Below, in pieces: positions 18,487 to 30,188 of a stretch of DNA of 64,000 nt; positions within the stretch are counted from its first letter, which is position 1; each line of letters opens with the position of its first letter. The notes under the pieces were generated by a model. It worked only from the letters and a program-made list of their open reading frames with translations, was not told the origin of the DNA and made no database searches. A program made the translations under genes and the position numbers. The stretch lies in IMG/VR virus record IMGVR_UViG_3300032007_000015. The stretch is one strand, 5' to 3'. The stretch is from a virus (Duplodnaviria; Caudoviricetes).

Positions 18487-21400
18487 TTATCCAAGAGCTA
18501 TTAATGACGCAAGGTCATAATTTCTTGTATCTTTTTTCATATCAATATTAGAAATATCATTTGAATTTTCTAATACATTTTGTATAGTTGAATTATTTCT
18601 TCCATTATTACCTGATACAATAATATTGTTATTAGTACGAATATTATCAAGTTTCTTAGAAGAATCATTTGTATTAGTATTAATACTCTTAAGAACATCT
18701 ACAACATCAGATAATAAACGTTCCATTTTAGAAGTATCTACTATTTTATTTAATTGATTTTGATTTGTTATTTTATTAGTTATTTCTGATGATCTAGCTT
18801 CATTTCTGAGAACATTACTTGGTAATCTTGTAAAACTATTATCATCAGATTGTACATTTGAACCTTCACCCATTCCTGATATATCAACATCTTTATACTG
18901 ATTATAGTATTCAGTTGCCTTTGGAATACGTGTTGCAGCTAATCCTGGTTTTCCAGCACGTTCAAATGCTTTCTCAAATTGTATAGCTGCATTTGTTGGA
19001 TCTGTACTATTTTTAAAGCCCTCTATAGTTGTTGCAGGAGCGTTATAATGATTGACTTTATCTCGATCATTTATAGTTTTTGATAAACCAAAATAATATC
19101 CAAGACCATTAATTTCTTGATTTGCATAATCTAACTGTGTTTGTAAATCTGTCCATGTTGTATTCCTCTGTGAAGCGAGATTATTTAATCCACCAAATCT
19201 TCCAGATTTTGTATTATAGTTTTCCCATTGGAATAATCCAGCTGCAGGTCCAACCTCTTCACCTTTACTATTTTTTTGAATAGAAGATGGATCGAAATGA
19301 GATTCCTCTTCAATATTACCCATAATACCGGCTGTAGCAGCTGCTGAATATCCATTAGATCTAAAATATTTCCATACTGCTTTTTTAACGGCATCCTGGC
19401 TTGAAGTATCTGTATTGGAAACATCTGCAGAACCAGTTGTATTATTACTACTTGTTCCTGTTCCAAAATCTATATTTTTATTATCAAATGCATTACTATT
19501 ACCATATAAGTAATTATTTCCTGCAGTACTAACTGCGTCAAATACAGATGATAAACCATTAGAGAATGAGCTAAAGAAATCATTTCCTTCTGTTGTTGTA
19601 GATGAAGTATTTTCTACTGTAGCATCACTATTGCTAGGAACGAATGATTCTTTTCCATCAGGGAATTTGATTTTTCTACCTTTTATGCTTGTTTCATTAA
19701 TGAAACGTCTAGCTTTAACAAATCCGCCACCCATTTTCTTAAAGTATGCTGTATTTCCACTAACCGTTGATTCATAGGGTCCTTTTGCAGTTCCTCCATT
19801 ACCATCAGATTTACCACCTTGACCCATAGTTTTATCAAACGTTCCATCGCCAACATACATTTCTACGTGAGATACTTTTCTTCCACCTTCGTTGAAGTAA
19901 ACTAAGTCACCACATTGTAATTGAGATATATCACAAGTTCCATCTGATGATGGGAAAATATCCTTAACACCAGATATGCTGTTATTATCAATCTGTGAAG
20001 CTGTAGATGTACCAAATGAGAAATCACTACCAAGTGCTTTATGATATGCCCATCTTACGGTTGATGAACAGTCACCACTACCTTCACCAGTTAATCCTCT
20101 TTCACTATCTGCATCACTTCTATTTGATTGACTATATACATTTTTTTCTTTAATAGCATACATCCATGCACATACTGCACGTTGAGCTTTTTGTACAGCT
20201 GTTTCATCACCAAAACCTATTAGCTTTCTACGAATACCTCTCTTTATAAGTCTATTGACAACTTTTTTACCGACAGGTGTTTTGTATATTGCATGTGCAA
20301 CTTTAGCAGCAGTTGTAATAGTTTTACCTACTGAACCACCTGAAACATTTTTATTCTTAAATGACCAAGCAGCCCTAGATTCACTATCAATAATTTCTGG
20401 TGAAACTGTACCTGAGTAATTTATTCCTCGTGGGTCATTTACTATAATATTACCATTTTCATCAGTACCAACAGCAACGATATAATGACCACGCTTTGTG
20501 TATGGTGAATTATAACTTCCATCACTCATACCATTAAGTATAACAGGATTTCCATGTTTTAATTCATTTATAACACTTTGAGATGTAGGAGTTACCCTCT
20601 TATCTGATAATCCAAATTTATCACTAGCTGAATCAATGAATTTAGAGTTTGTACCATTAGAATCTCTATATCCAGAAGAAAGTGCAAATTTAGACATTTT
20701 ATCAGGTGTTACATTATTACCTGTTAATTCTGAGACAACCATTGACATAGATGTTGGTGCACAACCAGCATCACCAATAGTTGCGTTATCATTAGTTGTA
20801 CTATTTGCATATTTATTATTTCTCCATTTAGAATCATTCTGAGAAAAATATTTAAAGTCATTTACAGTGTCTGGACCGTATCCAGATAAATTACTTTGTA
20901 ATTTATTTTTTATTGTATTATTTTTTCTAGTAGTATTAACTAATTTAAATGCACCATTACCAGAACCTGATGTATTTGAAGTAGAACTAGTTGTATCTGT
21001 AGTTTTTTCAGCTTCTGTTACGAAGTTTTCATAGATTTTATACATCATATCATCAGAAGAGAGTTTACCACTTTTAATCATTTTTTTGATTTTTTTAGCA
21101 AATTCTTTTCCTTGTACAGATATTGTTATCATTTTCTCTTTTACCCAGATACCCATTGAACGTTCTTTCATAAATGTATCGAGTTCGCTTCCTGTTACAT
21201 TTTCTTTAATTAAATCTCCAGTTGCGGCATAATGATTCCATGTGCCATCAGTCTGCTCAACATAATAAGAGAAATCCTTATTTGAGAACCATGCATAACC
21301 AGATTCTTTACTGTTTTTAGTATTTTCTACATACTTATTATAGAAGTCTTCTTCGGAATCACTATATTTTTTCTTTAGTTTTTCGGCTGCTTTAGGATTT

Positions 21401-24400
21401 ATTTTACTAAGCATATCTACATTTTTTAAATATTGGTTTAGATATTTAACTGGGAATGTTGCAACTTCATATACTCCATTCTCAATATTCTTTATAATTT
21501 CTTTTACTTTTTTGGTTTTAGATATTGTCTTTATATACTTTTTGGTTGATAATGAATATACTTCAAATGAGTAACCTGAACGTATATAAACTTGATCATT
21601 ATCTTTGTCAACCCAACATTTAACTTCTTTAGTTGATTTAGACATTTCAGCAATGTCCGAAATTAAATTATTTTTATTGACTTTTCCGCCAGTAAAGAAC
21701 TTCTTAATATTCTTAGCAGCTTTCTTAGTTTTACTAACAGCCCATTTGGTACCTTTCTTTATACCTTTTCCAGCCTTAACTACTCCACTCATAATATGAG
21801 CTCCAATAGTTTTATTTTGGTCAGCGTTCCAATCTTCATAAGATTTCACTTTAACCTTATATTTTCCACTTTCAACACCTTTTAAATAATCATCATATGA
21901 TAAATCATCTTCAGATTTATTATTCTTCTTAAGGTATTTTTTATAGGCTTCTTGATATTTCTTATCTTTGTAATCCTCATATTTCTCTTTTTGTTTTTCC
22001 TGTTTTTCAACAAGTTTATCGTATCCTTTTGTATCACCAGTAAGTTTACATAATCCTTCATATAAAACCGAAGCTAATTTTGTAAACATATTCCATTGAA
22101 GCACACTTGCAACAAGACTATTGATTACATCAAGAATACTACCGGTTGTAGTTCCTTTAAACATACCAAAACACGTTGCAATTACTTTCATTTTCCAATC
22201 GACTTTTGAACCTTTTGGAATTTGGAATAATCTTCGTGGATTTGATAATTCATTAAGACCTAATATTAATGATTCCGTTGAATGTTTGATAAGAGTACCA
22301 AGACCAGCTGTTGATGCAGCTAATGTTGACTCACCAGCTAATTTCGCAGATACAAATGCTGATATTGCTGGGAATTTTTTATTAAGTAAAGCAACTACTT
22401 TACTTGCTATTGGTCCAGTTTGATTTTTAGCCATCTGTTCAGCACCTTCAGTTGCACCTTTTTTAGCAGCTTCTTTACCAAACTTAGAACATAATTTGCT
22501 TATAAAGCCTTCAAACATTTTAATTACTTTACCTTTAAGTCCGCCAGCAGCTTTTTCGGTTACTTCACTTGCAACTGTATTTGCTACTTTTGATGCAGCT
22601 ACTTCACTACCTTCCTTGACTAATGTTTCGGTTCCATATTTGGTTATTGCTTTAGTTGCTGTTTTAGTTGCATATCTTTCTGCAAACTTTTCAGCACCCT
22701 TTTCACCTAATGTATTTTTTGTCTTTTTTATTATTTGCTCTTTAGCAACATCTTTAATGGTATCCGTCGTTAAATCAGTACCAGCATTTAAAACGGCTTC
22801 TTTCGCAGCTTTTTTTGCAGCCACTTTACCAGCAGTCTTAACAATGACTTTCTTAGCAGCTTTACCAGCAACTGAATTTTTTATTCTGTGATATAAAAAA
22901 TTCATTTTAGCACCAGATTGTGCGTCATATTCGCCATCTTCATTTAAAACATAATCTTTTATATTTAAATTAGCTAAGTTAACATCTCTTTTAACATTTT
23001 CTTTTATACTTTCAGCAGCATTTTGACCATCTTTTCTATCACTATCTTTACCTTTATCACTACTTCCAAGTAATGAATCCCATAGTCCTTTACACATATC
23101 TTTCCAACCACCAAGACTTCCTAAGAAATTCATAAGTGGTTTAGCAACATTAACTAATCCTTTACCGACAGTTGATACCAAAGATACTACAGTAGGGCCA
23201 ATTGATTTAATTAGGCTAGCAATTTTTGGTAAAAATAATATAAGTCCAGCACCTATCAATCCTTTTTTACTAAATAATCCCATTATTGGTGAGATTAATT
23301 TAAATAATTTAGATTGATGTTTATTCATCTTCTTCATCTGAATTGTTTCAGGTGAATCAGTTGGTTTTATATCATCGGTGTCATCATCTTTATTTTTATT
23401 TGTATAACTTCCTTTTTTACGTGCTTCATCTAATTCAGCATCTTCTTTTTTCTTTTCTTCTTCACGTTTATTAAATTGAGCATTTATAATACTCTTTCTA
23501 GTAATTTTAAGAGGGTCTGCCAATTCAGCATTTAATTTATCTTGTGCTTTTTTTGATACATCATCAATTGCAACTCTGATCGGTTTATACATATCAGAAT
23601 GTACTTTTTCGCCACCCCTAAATGTTACAATTTCTGGTTTGTTTTCACCAACTACGGCTTGACCAGGTTTTGCATTATCAGTACCTTTAGCATAGTGAGG
23701 TAAACTTTCAAAAGATTCAAGATAATCATTATATGATAAATCATCTTTAGTTAGACCTTCTTTTTTAAGATAGTTTTTCCATTTACGTAAACTTGGTTTA
23801 TCTCCTCTTTGATAATCACCAGAAGCCATTGCTTTTATAGTATCAATTGGATGTCTAGATAAATCTTTTATACGTCTATTTGTATTATCAAACCAATTTG
23901 AATGACTATCAACAGTTTGCTTGAAATTACGTAATGCACTATATACAGGTGTTCTCTTAAAAGCACGAGTTAATAGACCATCACTTGCATTGATATTATA
24001 AAGTTCTTTATCTATATCTGCAAGTGATTCATCTTCTTGTACAGGAGAATCATCTTCTTCCTCACCTCTACGTTTACCTGTAGGTGATTTACCTTGCAAG
24101 AAATTGTAAATCTTTTGTAAAATACTTACTTGCCTTTCTTCAACAGACAAATCAGTATCTTTCATTCCAGCTAATTGATCATTAGTTTTTTTCTTTAATA
24201 TTTCTGCTTTCTTTTCAGCAGTTGTTAAATCTTTTTTAGAAGCTTTCCAGTTTATTGACTTATGAGCTTTTCTAGCATTCATTTCGGCTAAACGAATATT
24301 CTCATCAGTATAATCTGTACGCTCACCATTTGTCCATTTATAGATAAGCTGTCTATTCTTATCAAGATTTTTATTATCTCTGAGTTCAGTTTTATTTCTT

Positions 24401-27400
24401 GCACGAGCAGCTTTTCTACGTTTTTTCAAACTACTATAATTGTCTGGCATATCAGATTGTTCGATTTCTTCACGTTTAGCATCACGTCTGACATTCCAAT
24501 TATGAATTACGTTTCCAATTTTGTTATTGGCTTTACCGGTTATATTTAAAGTTTTACGACCAAGAAATTTGGTTCCAGACCATAATAATCTAGGTATAAC
24601 CATATATGCATTAAATATAGTTTTTAATCCTTTAAATATAAATCTTCTAACAGGTTTAATTAAGTATTTATGAACACCACCAACTATTTTTCCAACACCT
24701 GATGTTGTTGCTTTTGTTATTAATCCTAATACTTTGAATGGGAAAGTTGCAATAGTTTTGCTTCCTTCATATAATAATGAAGCTGCAGAGTCAACAACTT
24801 TTGCAATAGGTTTTGTTATAGCTTCAAAAACCGGTTTAATTTTATTAGCTACAGTTTCTCCAATCTTTGAGAAAACTTCTTTTCCTTTTTTCTTAGTTCC
24901 AGTAACAAAATTTGCTATACCATCTGCTAATGGTTTAAAAGCTAATCTGGTAACTTCAAGTACATCATATTTTATAGTATTTTGAATATCTTTATAAATA
25001 TATTTAGCCCTTGTTGCAATTGGACTGAAAACATTTACTTTTAAGTAGTTTCCAAACTTTTCAAGAACACCAACTTTTTTCTTATTACCATTCTCATCTT
25101 TTTCTTTACTACCAAAAAGCCATTCTCTAAATCCAGATTCCTGAGCTTTAATTGACAATCCCAATCCGACTAAAGCACCACCAATAAGACCACCAGGACC
25201 AAGCATAGCACCCATTATACCAACTTTAGATATTAATGCTCCAGTTAATGCACCACCTGCAGCACCTACTATACCCATACCTAGTTTTTTCTTCATACTA
25301 GTATTTTCTTTGCTATCAGATTTATTAAATTTAGTAAGAATTCCTTTAAAACTTCCTAAAAGTCCTTTTCGTCCTTCTTCTTCATTACCAAATAAAAATT
25401 CATTAAATGTTTTTGATTTAAATAGCATTGTTGTTCCAATACCCATTATTGCACCAGCAATTGGACCACCAACTAATGCACCTAATATTCCACCACTTTT
25501 ACCAAGTATGACATTTTTAGCCATACCAACGGCAGCACCACCAATTAATAAATTTTTATTTTCTTTTACAAAAGTTTGGACTTTATTTGAGATGATTCCG
25601 CCTAATCTTTCACCAGTTTCTTCATCTTTTTCACCAAACAGAAATGTTTGGAATCTTTCAGATTTTCTAAAGAATCCTGTTAAAGTACCGATTGCCATTC
25701 CACCAAGAGGACCACCTATTAATGTACCTAGAAGTCCACCTGACATTGCTCCAACACCAAGACCAACTATACCACCTGTTATTGAGTCTGGCATTCGATC
25801 CATTATCATTTTTTTAATATTGTCAGCTGTTTGTTTTTCATCTTTTTCTGGATCTTTACCAAATAAAGCTTCACTCCATCCAGCTAATCCAGAACGAATA
25901 GTGCCAATAAATCCTGTTATTGATTTACCAGCCTTTTCACCAGCTTTTTTTATCTTTTCTCCCTTTTCATCTTCATCACCCTCAACTTTTTTCCCAAAAA
26001 GCTTTTTTGTAATTCCATCACGAATACTTGTAAAAATATTCTTCATGTTACTTATTACAGATTCTTTTTTAGCAGCGTGTTTCTCACCTTTACTATCAAT
26101 ATATTCTTTACCATTTATTTGACTCTTAAATTCATTCATTATATCTTTAAATGAATTAGAAGCAGATGCAAATAAACCGTTTTCTTTATAACCTTTATCA
26201 TTCTTTTTACCAAAGATACTTTCTTTTAAAGGATTAAAGAAATTTTTCTTCATTGAATCATGTAGAGACTTTAATTGGTCAGTGAATATTGCACTAAATT
26301 CAGACATTGCTGTTTTAGGATCACCAAACATCATTCCCCACATTGTATTTTTAATATGTCCTGTAGTTCTTGTGATTATGTCTTGTTCATCACTAACTTG
26401 GTCTGCTTTGATATAACGATTATATGATATACCAGAACCAGCTATATTACGAATCTGATTTTTAGACATTCTAGAAAGGTTCTTTTTACCTTTCTCATAT
26501 TCTTTTATTTGTTTATCTTCTTCTCGATTAGCCGATTTTCTAGCTTTTTCTTGATTTTCGAATAATTTAGTATAACCTTTCTTTTTATATACCGTTCCAC
26601 GAATATCATCATTGTTATTATAAGAAGAAGAATAAAGATTACCATACTCATTATTTTCTATTTCTGTAAGAGCTTGATTAAATGCATCTTTAGATTTGAG
26701 ACGTAATCCTCCTAGTGATAAACTAAAACTTTTATTATCAGCAAGTTGTGTTAAAATCTCACGTAATAATAATTCTTGATTTTTAGTTTTATAGTTAATA
26801 TTCTTGAGAATATTATCCATTTCACTACCAGAACGTAAATCTCCAGCATTTATATTAGCAGAAGAATTTTCTATCATCATTGCTAATTGCTCTAATACAG
26901 GTTCGAAGTTTTTCTGGTCTTTTACTTTTAATTCAGATATACCTTGTTCAATAGCTTTTCCAAACTCTGATGATCTAAATACACTAACAACAGATTCAGT
27001 GATTTTATTTGTTATATCCTTATCTATATCAGAATATTTAATATAACCACCTTTCTCTATACTAAATGTATCAGAGTCATTAATATTTCTTTCTGCACCT
27101 TTTTTATCAAAATGCATTGCTATTGTTTTAAGATATGCAGTACTTTCTCTTAAATACTTTGGTATAACCTCAACAACGGCATTTTGTGTACGTTTATCAA
27201 ATATAGCTGCATCTTTATTTACTTTTCTTTCAGATGAAATAGAATTTAATTGTTTTACATCTATACCGAATATATTACCAACAGCACGTTTAAATATACC
27301 TTGAAGACCACCATTTTTGTCATTTTTCCAAAGAGCTACCTTAGATAACATTTCAGGCATAAAGTCTGCAAATGCTTGATCCATACTTTTAATATTTTGG

Positions 27401-28335
27401 GCTATCATATTAGGAATCATTTTCTTAACGATAGTATCGGTCATCATTCCTAATGGATTTGATACAAGATGATTTAATAAATCTTCATCATTTAACATAT
27501 CACCCATAAACCCAATTGGACTATCTTTTAATGTCTTTGATATTGATTTCTTAAGATAATTCTTATATTCATAAGTACTGAATCCATTTTTTACAAATCT
27601 TGATCCATTTCTCCAATCATCGCTTGATGAGTCGTTATCATCTATCTTAGAACCAACTTTTTCAAAATATGCAGTAGCTGTTTCATACATCTTCAGTGTA
27701 TTTTCTTGTTGGAATGAAAGCATAGATGCCAATGTTGAATTAATATTTGTAAGATGGTTTAATATCTCATTACCCATTTGCTGATTTTGTAATAAACCAG
27801 CAGAACTTACAGATATAATAGTATCTATTGTAGCTTTACTAGCTTTTAATGTAGATTCAGTTTGCTTATTTATTGATTCATTCATCAATAATGTTGCTTC
27901 TGAAGAAGCAGTATCATTATAATTTATAGTAACATCAGAATCTATATCGCCAAATGAACTTTCAAATTCATCCAGATTATATTCTTTTTCCATTTCTTCG
28001 GCAACTCTATCCTGATTGTTAAATTTACCTGATTTAAGGTCTGCTAAAGAGTTATCTATAGCTTTTTTACCATACCGTATAAATTTATTTTTTTCTAATT
28101 CTGAACGTATGATATTAATATTAGCATTTTTACGTATTAAATCTTTAGCACTCTTAGCAGAGCTTCTAACAGTTTCACTAGCATCAAATATGTTTGGTGC
28201 TATATCTTTAAAAACTTTAGAAGATGAAATACCGATAGATTTAATTGCGTTATTAATCCATTTAGTATTCATATTTTTAACCTTTTCGGTTTTATAAGGT
28301 TTAGCAAACGCTTTAGCTCTAGAAGAACTACTCAT
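18487..28335 (-). CDS. Tape measure protein with C39-like peptidase, NlpC/P60 and phage tail lysozyme domains (3282 aa)
   Basis: Long helical Gly/Ala-rich body; FSQNDSKW..GCAPTSMSM..GHYIV..NDP; GDCSSTVRWAY..GDLVYF..HVEMYVG; AATAGIMGNIEEES..GLFQW..FEKAFER; late motif 28367-28378. Confidence 0.88.
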   Translation of the reverse strand: MSSSSRAKAFAKPYKTEKVKNMNTKWINNAIKSIGISSSKVFKDIAPNIFDASETVRSSAKSAKDLIRKNANINIIRSELEKNKFIRYGKKAIDNSLADLKSGKFNNQDRVAEEMEKEYNLDEFESSFGDIDSDVTINYNDTASSEATLLMNESINKQTESTLKASKATIDTIISVSSAGLLQNQQMGNEILNHLTNINSTLASMLSFQQENTLKMYETATAYFEKVGSKIDDNDSSSDDWRNGSRFVKNGFSTYEYKNYLKKSISKTLKDSPIGFMGDMLNDEDLLNHLVSNPLGMMTDTIVKKMIPNMIAQNIKSMDQAFADFMPEMLSKVALWKNDKNGGLQGIFKRAVGNIFGIDVKQLNSISSERKVNKDAAIFDKRTQNAVVEVIPKYLRESTAYLKTIAMHFDKKGAERNINDSDTFSIEKGGYIKYSDIDKDITNKITESVVSVFRSSEFGKAIEQGISELKVKDQKNFEPVLEQLAMMIENSSANINAGDLRSGSEMDNILKNINYKTKNQELLLREILTQLADNKSFSLSLGGLRLKSKDAFNQALTEIENNEYGNLYSSSYNNNDDIRGTVYKKKGYTKLFENQEKARKSANREEDKQIKEYEKGKKNLSRMSKNQIRNIAGSGISYNRYIKADQVSDEQDIITRTTGHIKNTMWGMMFGDPKTAMSEFSAIFTDQLKSLHDSMKKNFFNPLKESIFGKKNDKGYKENGLFASASNSFKDIMNEFKSQINGKEYIDSKGEKHAAKKESVISNMKNIFTSIRDGITKKLFGKKVEGDEDEKGEKIKKAGEKAGKSITGFIGTIRSGLAGWSEALFGKDPEKDEKQTADNIKKMIMDRMPDSITGGIVGLGVGAMSGGLLGTLIGGPLGGMAIGTLTGFFRKSERFQTFLFGEKDEETGERLGGIISNKVQTFVKENKNLLIGGAAVGMAKNVILGKSGGILGALVGGPIAGAIMGIGTTMLFKSKTFNEFLFGNEEEGRKGLLGSFKGILTKFNKSDSKENTSMKKKLGMGIVGAAGGALTGALISKVGIMGAMLGPGGLIGGALVGLGLSIKAQESGFREWLFGSKEKDENGNKKKVGVLEKFGNYLKVNVFSPIATRAKYIYKDIQNTIKYDVLEVTRLAFKPLADGIANFVTGTKKKGKEVFSKIGETVANKIKPVFEAITKPIAKVVDSAASLLYEGSKTIATFPFKVLGLITKATTSGVGKIVGGVHKYLIKPVRRFIFKGLKTIFNAYMVIPRLLWSGTKFLGRKTLNITGKANNKIGNVIHNWNVRRDAKREEIEQSDMPDNYSSLKKRRKAARARNKTELRDNKNLDKNRQLIYKWTNGERTDYTDENIRLAEMNARKAHKSINWKASKKDLTTAEKKAEILKKKTNDQLAGMKDTDLSVEERQVSILQKIYNFLQGKSPTGKRRGEEEDDSPVQEDESLADIDKELYNINASDGLLTRAFKRTPVYSALRNFKQTVDSHSNWFDNTNRRIKDLSRHPIDTIKAMASGDYQRGDKPSLRKWKNYLKKEGLTKDDLSYNDYLESFESLPHYAKGTDNAKPGQAVVGENKPEIVTFRGGEKVHSDMYKPIRVAIDDVSKKAQDKLNAELADPLKITRKSIINAQFNKREEEKKKEDAELDEARKKGSYTNKNKDDDTDDIKPTDSPETIQMKKMNKHQSKLFKLISPIMGLFSKKGLIGAGLILFLPKIASLIKSIGPTVVSLVSTVGKGLVNVAKPLMNFLGSLGGWKDMCKGLWDSLLGSSDKGKDSDRKDGQNAAESIKENVKRDVNLANLNIKDYVLNEDGEYDAQSGAKMNFLYHRIKNSVAGKAAKKVIVKTAGKVAAKKAAKEAVLNAGTDLTTDTIKDVAKEQIIKKTKNTLGEKGAEKFAERYATKTATKAITKYGTETLVKEGSEVAASKVANTVASEVTEKAAGGLKGKVIKMFEGFISKLCSKFGKEAAKKGATEGAEQMAKNQTGPIASKVVALLNKKFPAISAFVSAKLAGESTLAASTAGLGTLIKHSTESLILGLNELSNPRRLFQIPKGSKVDWKMKVIATCFGMFKGTTTGSILDVINSLVASVLQWNMFTKLASVLYEGLCKLTGDTKGYDKLVEKQEKQKEKYEDYKDKKYQEAYKKYLKKNNKSEDDLSYDDYLKGVESGKYKVKVKSYEDWNADQNKTIGAHIMSGVVKAGKGIKKGTKWAVSKTKKAAKNIKKFFTGGKVNKNNLISDIAEMSKSTKEVKCWVDKDNDQVYIRSGYSFEVYSLSTKKYIKTISKTKKVKEIIKNIENGVYEVATFPVKYLNQYLKNVDMLSKINPKAAEKLKKKYSDSEEDFYNKYVENTKNSKESGYAWFSNKDFSYYVEQTDGTWNHYAATGDLIKENVTGSELDTFMKERSMGIWVKEKMITISVQGKEFAKKIKKMIKSGKLSSDDMMYKIYENFVTEAEKTTDTTSSTSNTSGSGNGAFKLVNTTRKNNTIKNKLQSNLSGYGPDTVNDFKYFSQNDSKWRNNKYANSTTNDNATIGDAGCAPTSMSMVVSELTGNNVTPDKMSKFALSSGYRDSNGTNSKFIDSASDKFGLSDKRVTPTSQSVINELKHGNPVILNGMSDGSYNSPYTKRGHYIVAVGTDENGNIIVNDPRGINYSGTVSPEIIDSESRAAWSFKNKNVSGGSVGKTITTAAKVAHAIYKTPVGKKVVNRLIKRGIRRKLIGFGDETAVQKAQRAVCAWMYAIKEKNVYSQSNRSDADSERGLTGEGSGDCSSTVRWAYHKALGSDFSFGTSTASQIDNNSISGVKDIFPSSDGTCDISQLQCGDLVYFNEGGRKVSHVEMYVGDGTFDKTMGQGGKSDGNGGTAKGPYESTVSGNTAYFKKMGGGFVKARRFINETSIKGRKIKFPDGKESFVPSNSDATVENTSSTTTEGNDFFSSFSNGLSSVFDAVSTAGNNYLYGNSNAFDNKNIDFGTGTSSNNTTGSADVSNTDTSSQDAVKKAVWKYFRSNGYSAAATAGIMGNIEEESHFDPSSIQKNSKGEEVGPAAGLFQWENYNTKSGRFGGLNNLASQRNTTWTDLQTQLDYANQEINGLGYYFGLSKTINDRDKVNHYNAPATTIEGFKNSTDPTNAAIQFEKAFERAGKPGLAATRIPKATEYYNQYKDVDISGMGEGSNVQSDDNSFTRLPSNVLRNEARSSEITNKITNQNQLNKIVDTSKMERLLSDVVDVLKSINTNTNDSSKKLDNIRTNNNIIVSGNNGRNNSTIQNVLENSNDISNIDMKKDTRNYDLASLIALG

Positions 28336-28401
28336 TGTTTGTTTCCTCCTTTCTCATTTAAATCATTAAAGTAATGTTTTCAATACCAAAATGATGGGTA
28401 A

Positions 28402-28438
28402 AAAGAAAGTATATAGGTTAATCCTATATACTTTCTTT
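28402..28438. terminator. Inverted repeat / terminator
   Basis: 16-bp arms. Confidence 0.75.
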
Positions 28439-28446
28439 GTTTAATA

Positions 28447-29136
28447 TTAGAAAATATCCATTTTATCTTCATCTACTTCAGGTTTTTTAACAACGGATTC
28501 TCTAACTTTTACACTTTCTTTTATATTATCAAAGCATTTGAATATTGATTTTAATAATTTATGAACAAATTTACCTGTACTTTTTGCATAAAGTTTTTTA
28601 CATAAAGATTTAAGGTTATCATCACATTCATATTTATTAAATGAATCAATAGATGATATATATGAATTGATATCTTTATTTAAATCTATTAAATATTCAA
28701 TATTCATCATAGCTTCATTTATTGTATATTCACTTTCAGTTTCATCAAATAAATCATCAATAAATTCTTTATCTCTTTTAATAGCTCTATTAATTTTATC
28801 TTCAATGATTCCATCTACATCTCTATTAGTATCTAAAATTTTATTTATAAATGTAATCATTCTAGTATTATATTCTTTATAAGTTGCAACAATTTTATTT
28901 ACATCAATAGTTTCAACTTTATTATATGGAATTTCATTATTACGAATTTTACAATAAATATCTTTTATTGTTGATTTACAATCATTACAATAAAAGAATT
29001 CTTTTATATGACAAGATTCTTTTTCTAATTCATTTATAAATCCTTCTTCAATACAATCATCATCAATTTCATCAAAATCAACAGAAGAACTATCAACCAT
29101 TTCTAAAAATGAATTTAAATTATTTTTAATATACAT
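28447..29136 (-). CDS. Hypothetical virion-operon protein (229 aa)
   Basis: RBS AAAGGAGGAG; acidic N-terminus. Confidence 0.7.
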   Translation of the reverse strand: MYIKNNLNSFLEMVDSSSVDFDEIDDDCIEEGFINELEKESCHIKEFFYCNDCKSTIKDIYCKIRNNEIPYNKVETIDVNKIVATYKEYNTRMITFINKILDTNRDVDGIIEDKINRAIKRDKEFIDDLFDETESEYTINEAMMNIEYLIDLNKDINSYISSIDSFNKYECDDNLKSLCKKLYAKSTGKFVHKLLKSIFKCFDNIKESVKVRESVVKKPEVDEDKMDIF

Positions 29137-29156
29137 TTCAACTCCTCCTTTCTCAA

Positions 29157-30188
29157 TTACATAAATGAATAATCACTATTGTCAACGTCATCTTTAAGTG
29201 AATCCATTGATATAACTTTATTATCATTTGATAATGTTTTTTTAGACATCTCTTCAGCTTTTACACTAGAAACACGCATTTTATCAGATATCTTAAGGAG
29301 AGTTGTACGTAATTTTTCCTGTTTAGATATAATCTTCTTTTTCTTATCAGGTTTTATTTCTGCATTGGCTTCGACAACTGATTTATTCATTTCAAGATAA
29401 TAAGCCATTAATGCAGTAGATTCTGATAATCGTCTTTTTAATTCTTTAAAATTGTAAATTAATGATCTAGTTACAGGTACTATAGATAATGCTATAGCTG
29501 TAACTGCTCCAATACCAATTATCATTGCATCATCAACACCAAAGAAATTCTCTTTACCAGAATTAATAGTTGTTGATAAGAATTTTGAATAATTTGAGTT
29601 GTTATTAACTCTATTAAACTTTTCAAGCTGTTCAATATAAAATAAATCTGCACGATATTTAGTATTCTTTAATACGATATTATATGATGGTGATGAAGGT
29701 GTTTTAACAAAATCTATGAAATTATATAACAGAGATGTTGTTGCTTCAACACAAGTAAATACGAAAGTATTATATTCAACGATAACATAGTCATTATTTG
29801 TACTAAAGCCTTTTTGATATAAAGATTTAAGTCGTTCAATATTTTGAATTGATACCATTATCGTATTAATATATGACTTAAGTTCTTTTGAATTTTGGTC
29901 ATTTGCAAATTTAAGCAATGTGTTAAGAGTTTCAGTCATTGCTCCATATCCACTATAAGCTTTTATATCACCTTTTGATTTTGGTATATCTCCAAAATCA
30001 ATATGTGATTTATCAATTACAGATTGATAAAGTTTTTCTCTATATTCTCTGGTAATTGGAGAGTTAGCATCTTCAAGTACTGCTAAAATATCGTTATATT
30101 TATCAGTTGTTCCTTCTTTGATAATCATTACCGAGTCATTTAATAATGCATTCATTTCATAACACCTCCAATCATTAGTTTGTTCCAA
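29157..30188 (-). CDS. Putative virion structural protein (343 aa)
   Basis: Coupled to upstream gene; hydrophobic MIIGIGAVTAIALSIVPV segment. Confidence 0.65.
   Translation of the reverse strand: MEQTNDWRCYEMNALLNDSVMIIKEGTTDKYNDILAVLEDANSPITREYREKLYQSVIDKSHIDFGDIPKSKGDIKAYSGYGAMTETLNTLLKFANDQNSKELKSYINTIMVSIQNIERLKSLYQKGFSTNNDYVIVEYNTFVFTCVEATTSLLYNFIDFVKTPSSPSYNIVLKNTKYRADLFYIEQLEKFNRVNNNSNYSKFLSTTINSGKENFFGVDDAMIIGIGAVTAIALSIVPVTRSLIYNFKELKRRLSESTALMAYYLEMNKSVVEANAEIKPDKKKKIISKQEKLRTTLLKISDKMRVSSVKAEEMSKKTLSNDNKVISMDSLKDDVDNSDYSFM

Noticed and set aside
20636-28297. Plus-strand ORFs inside the tape measure gene (e.g. 25310-26122)
   Set aside because: Antisense shadows with no RBS or promoter motif; the same applies to the other overlapping opposite-strand ORFs in the track
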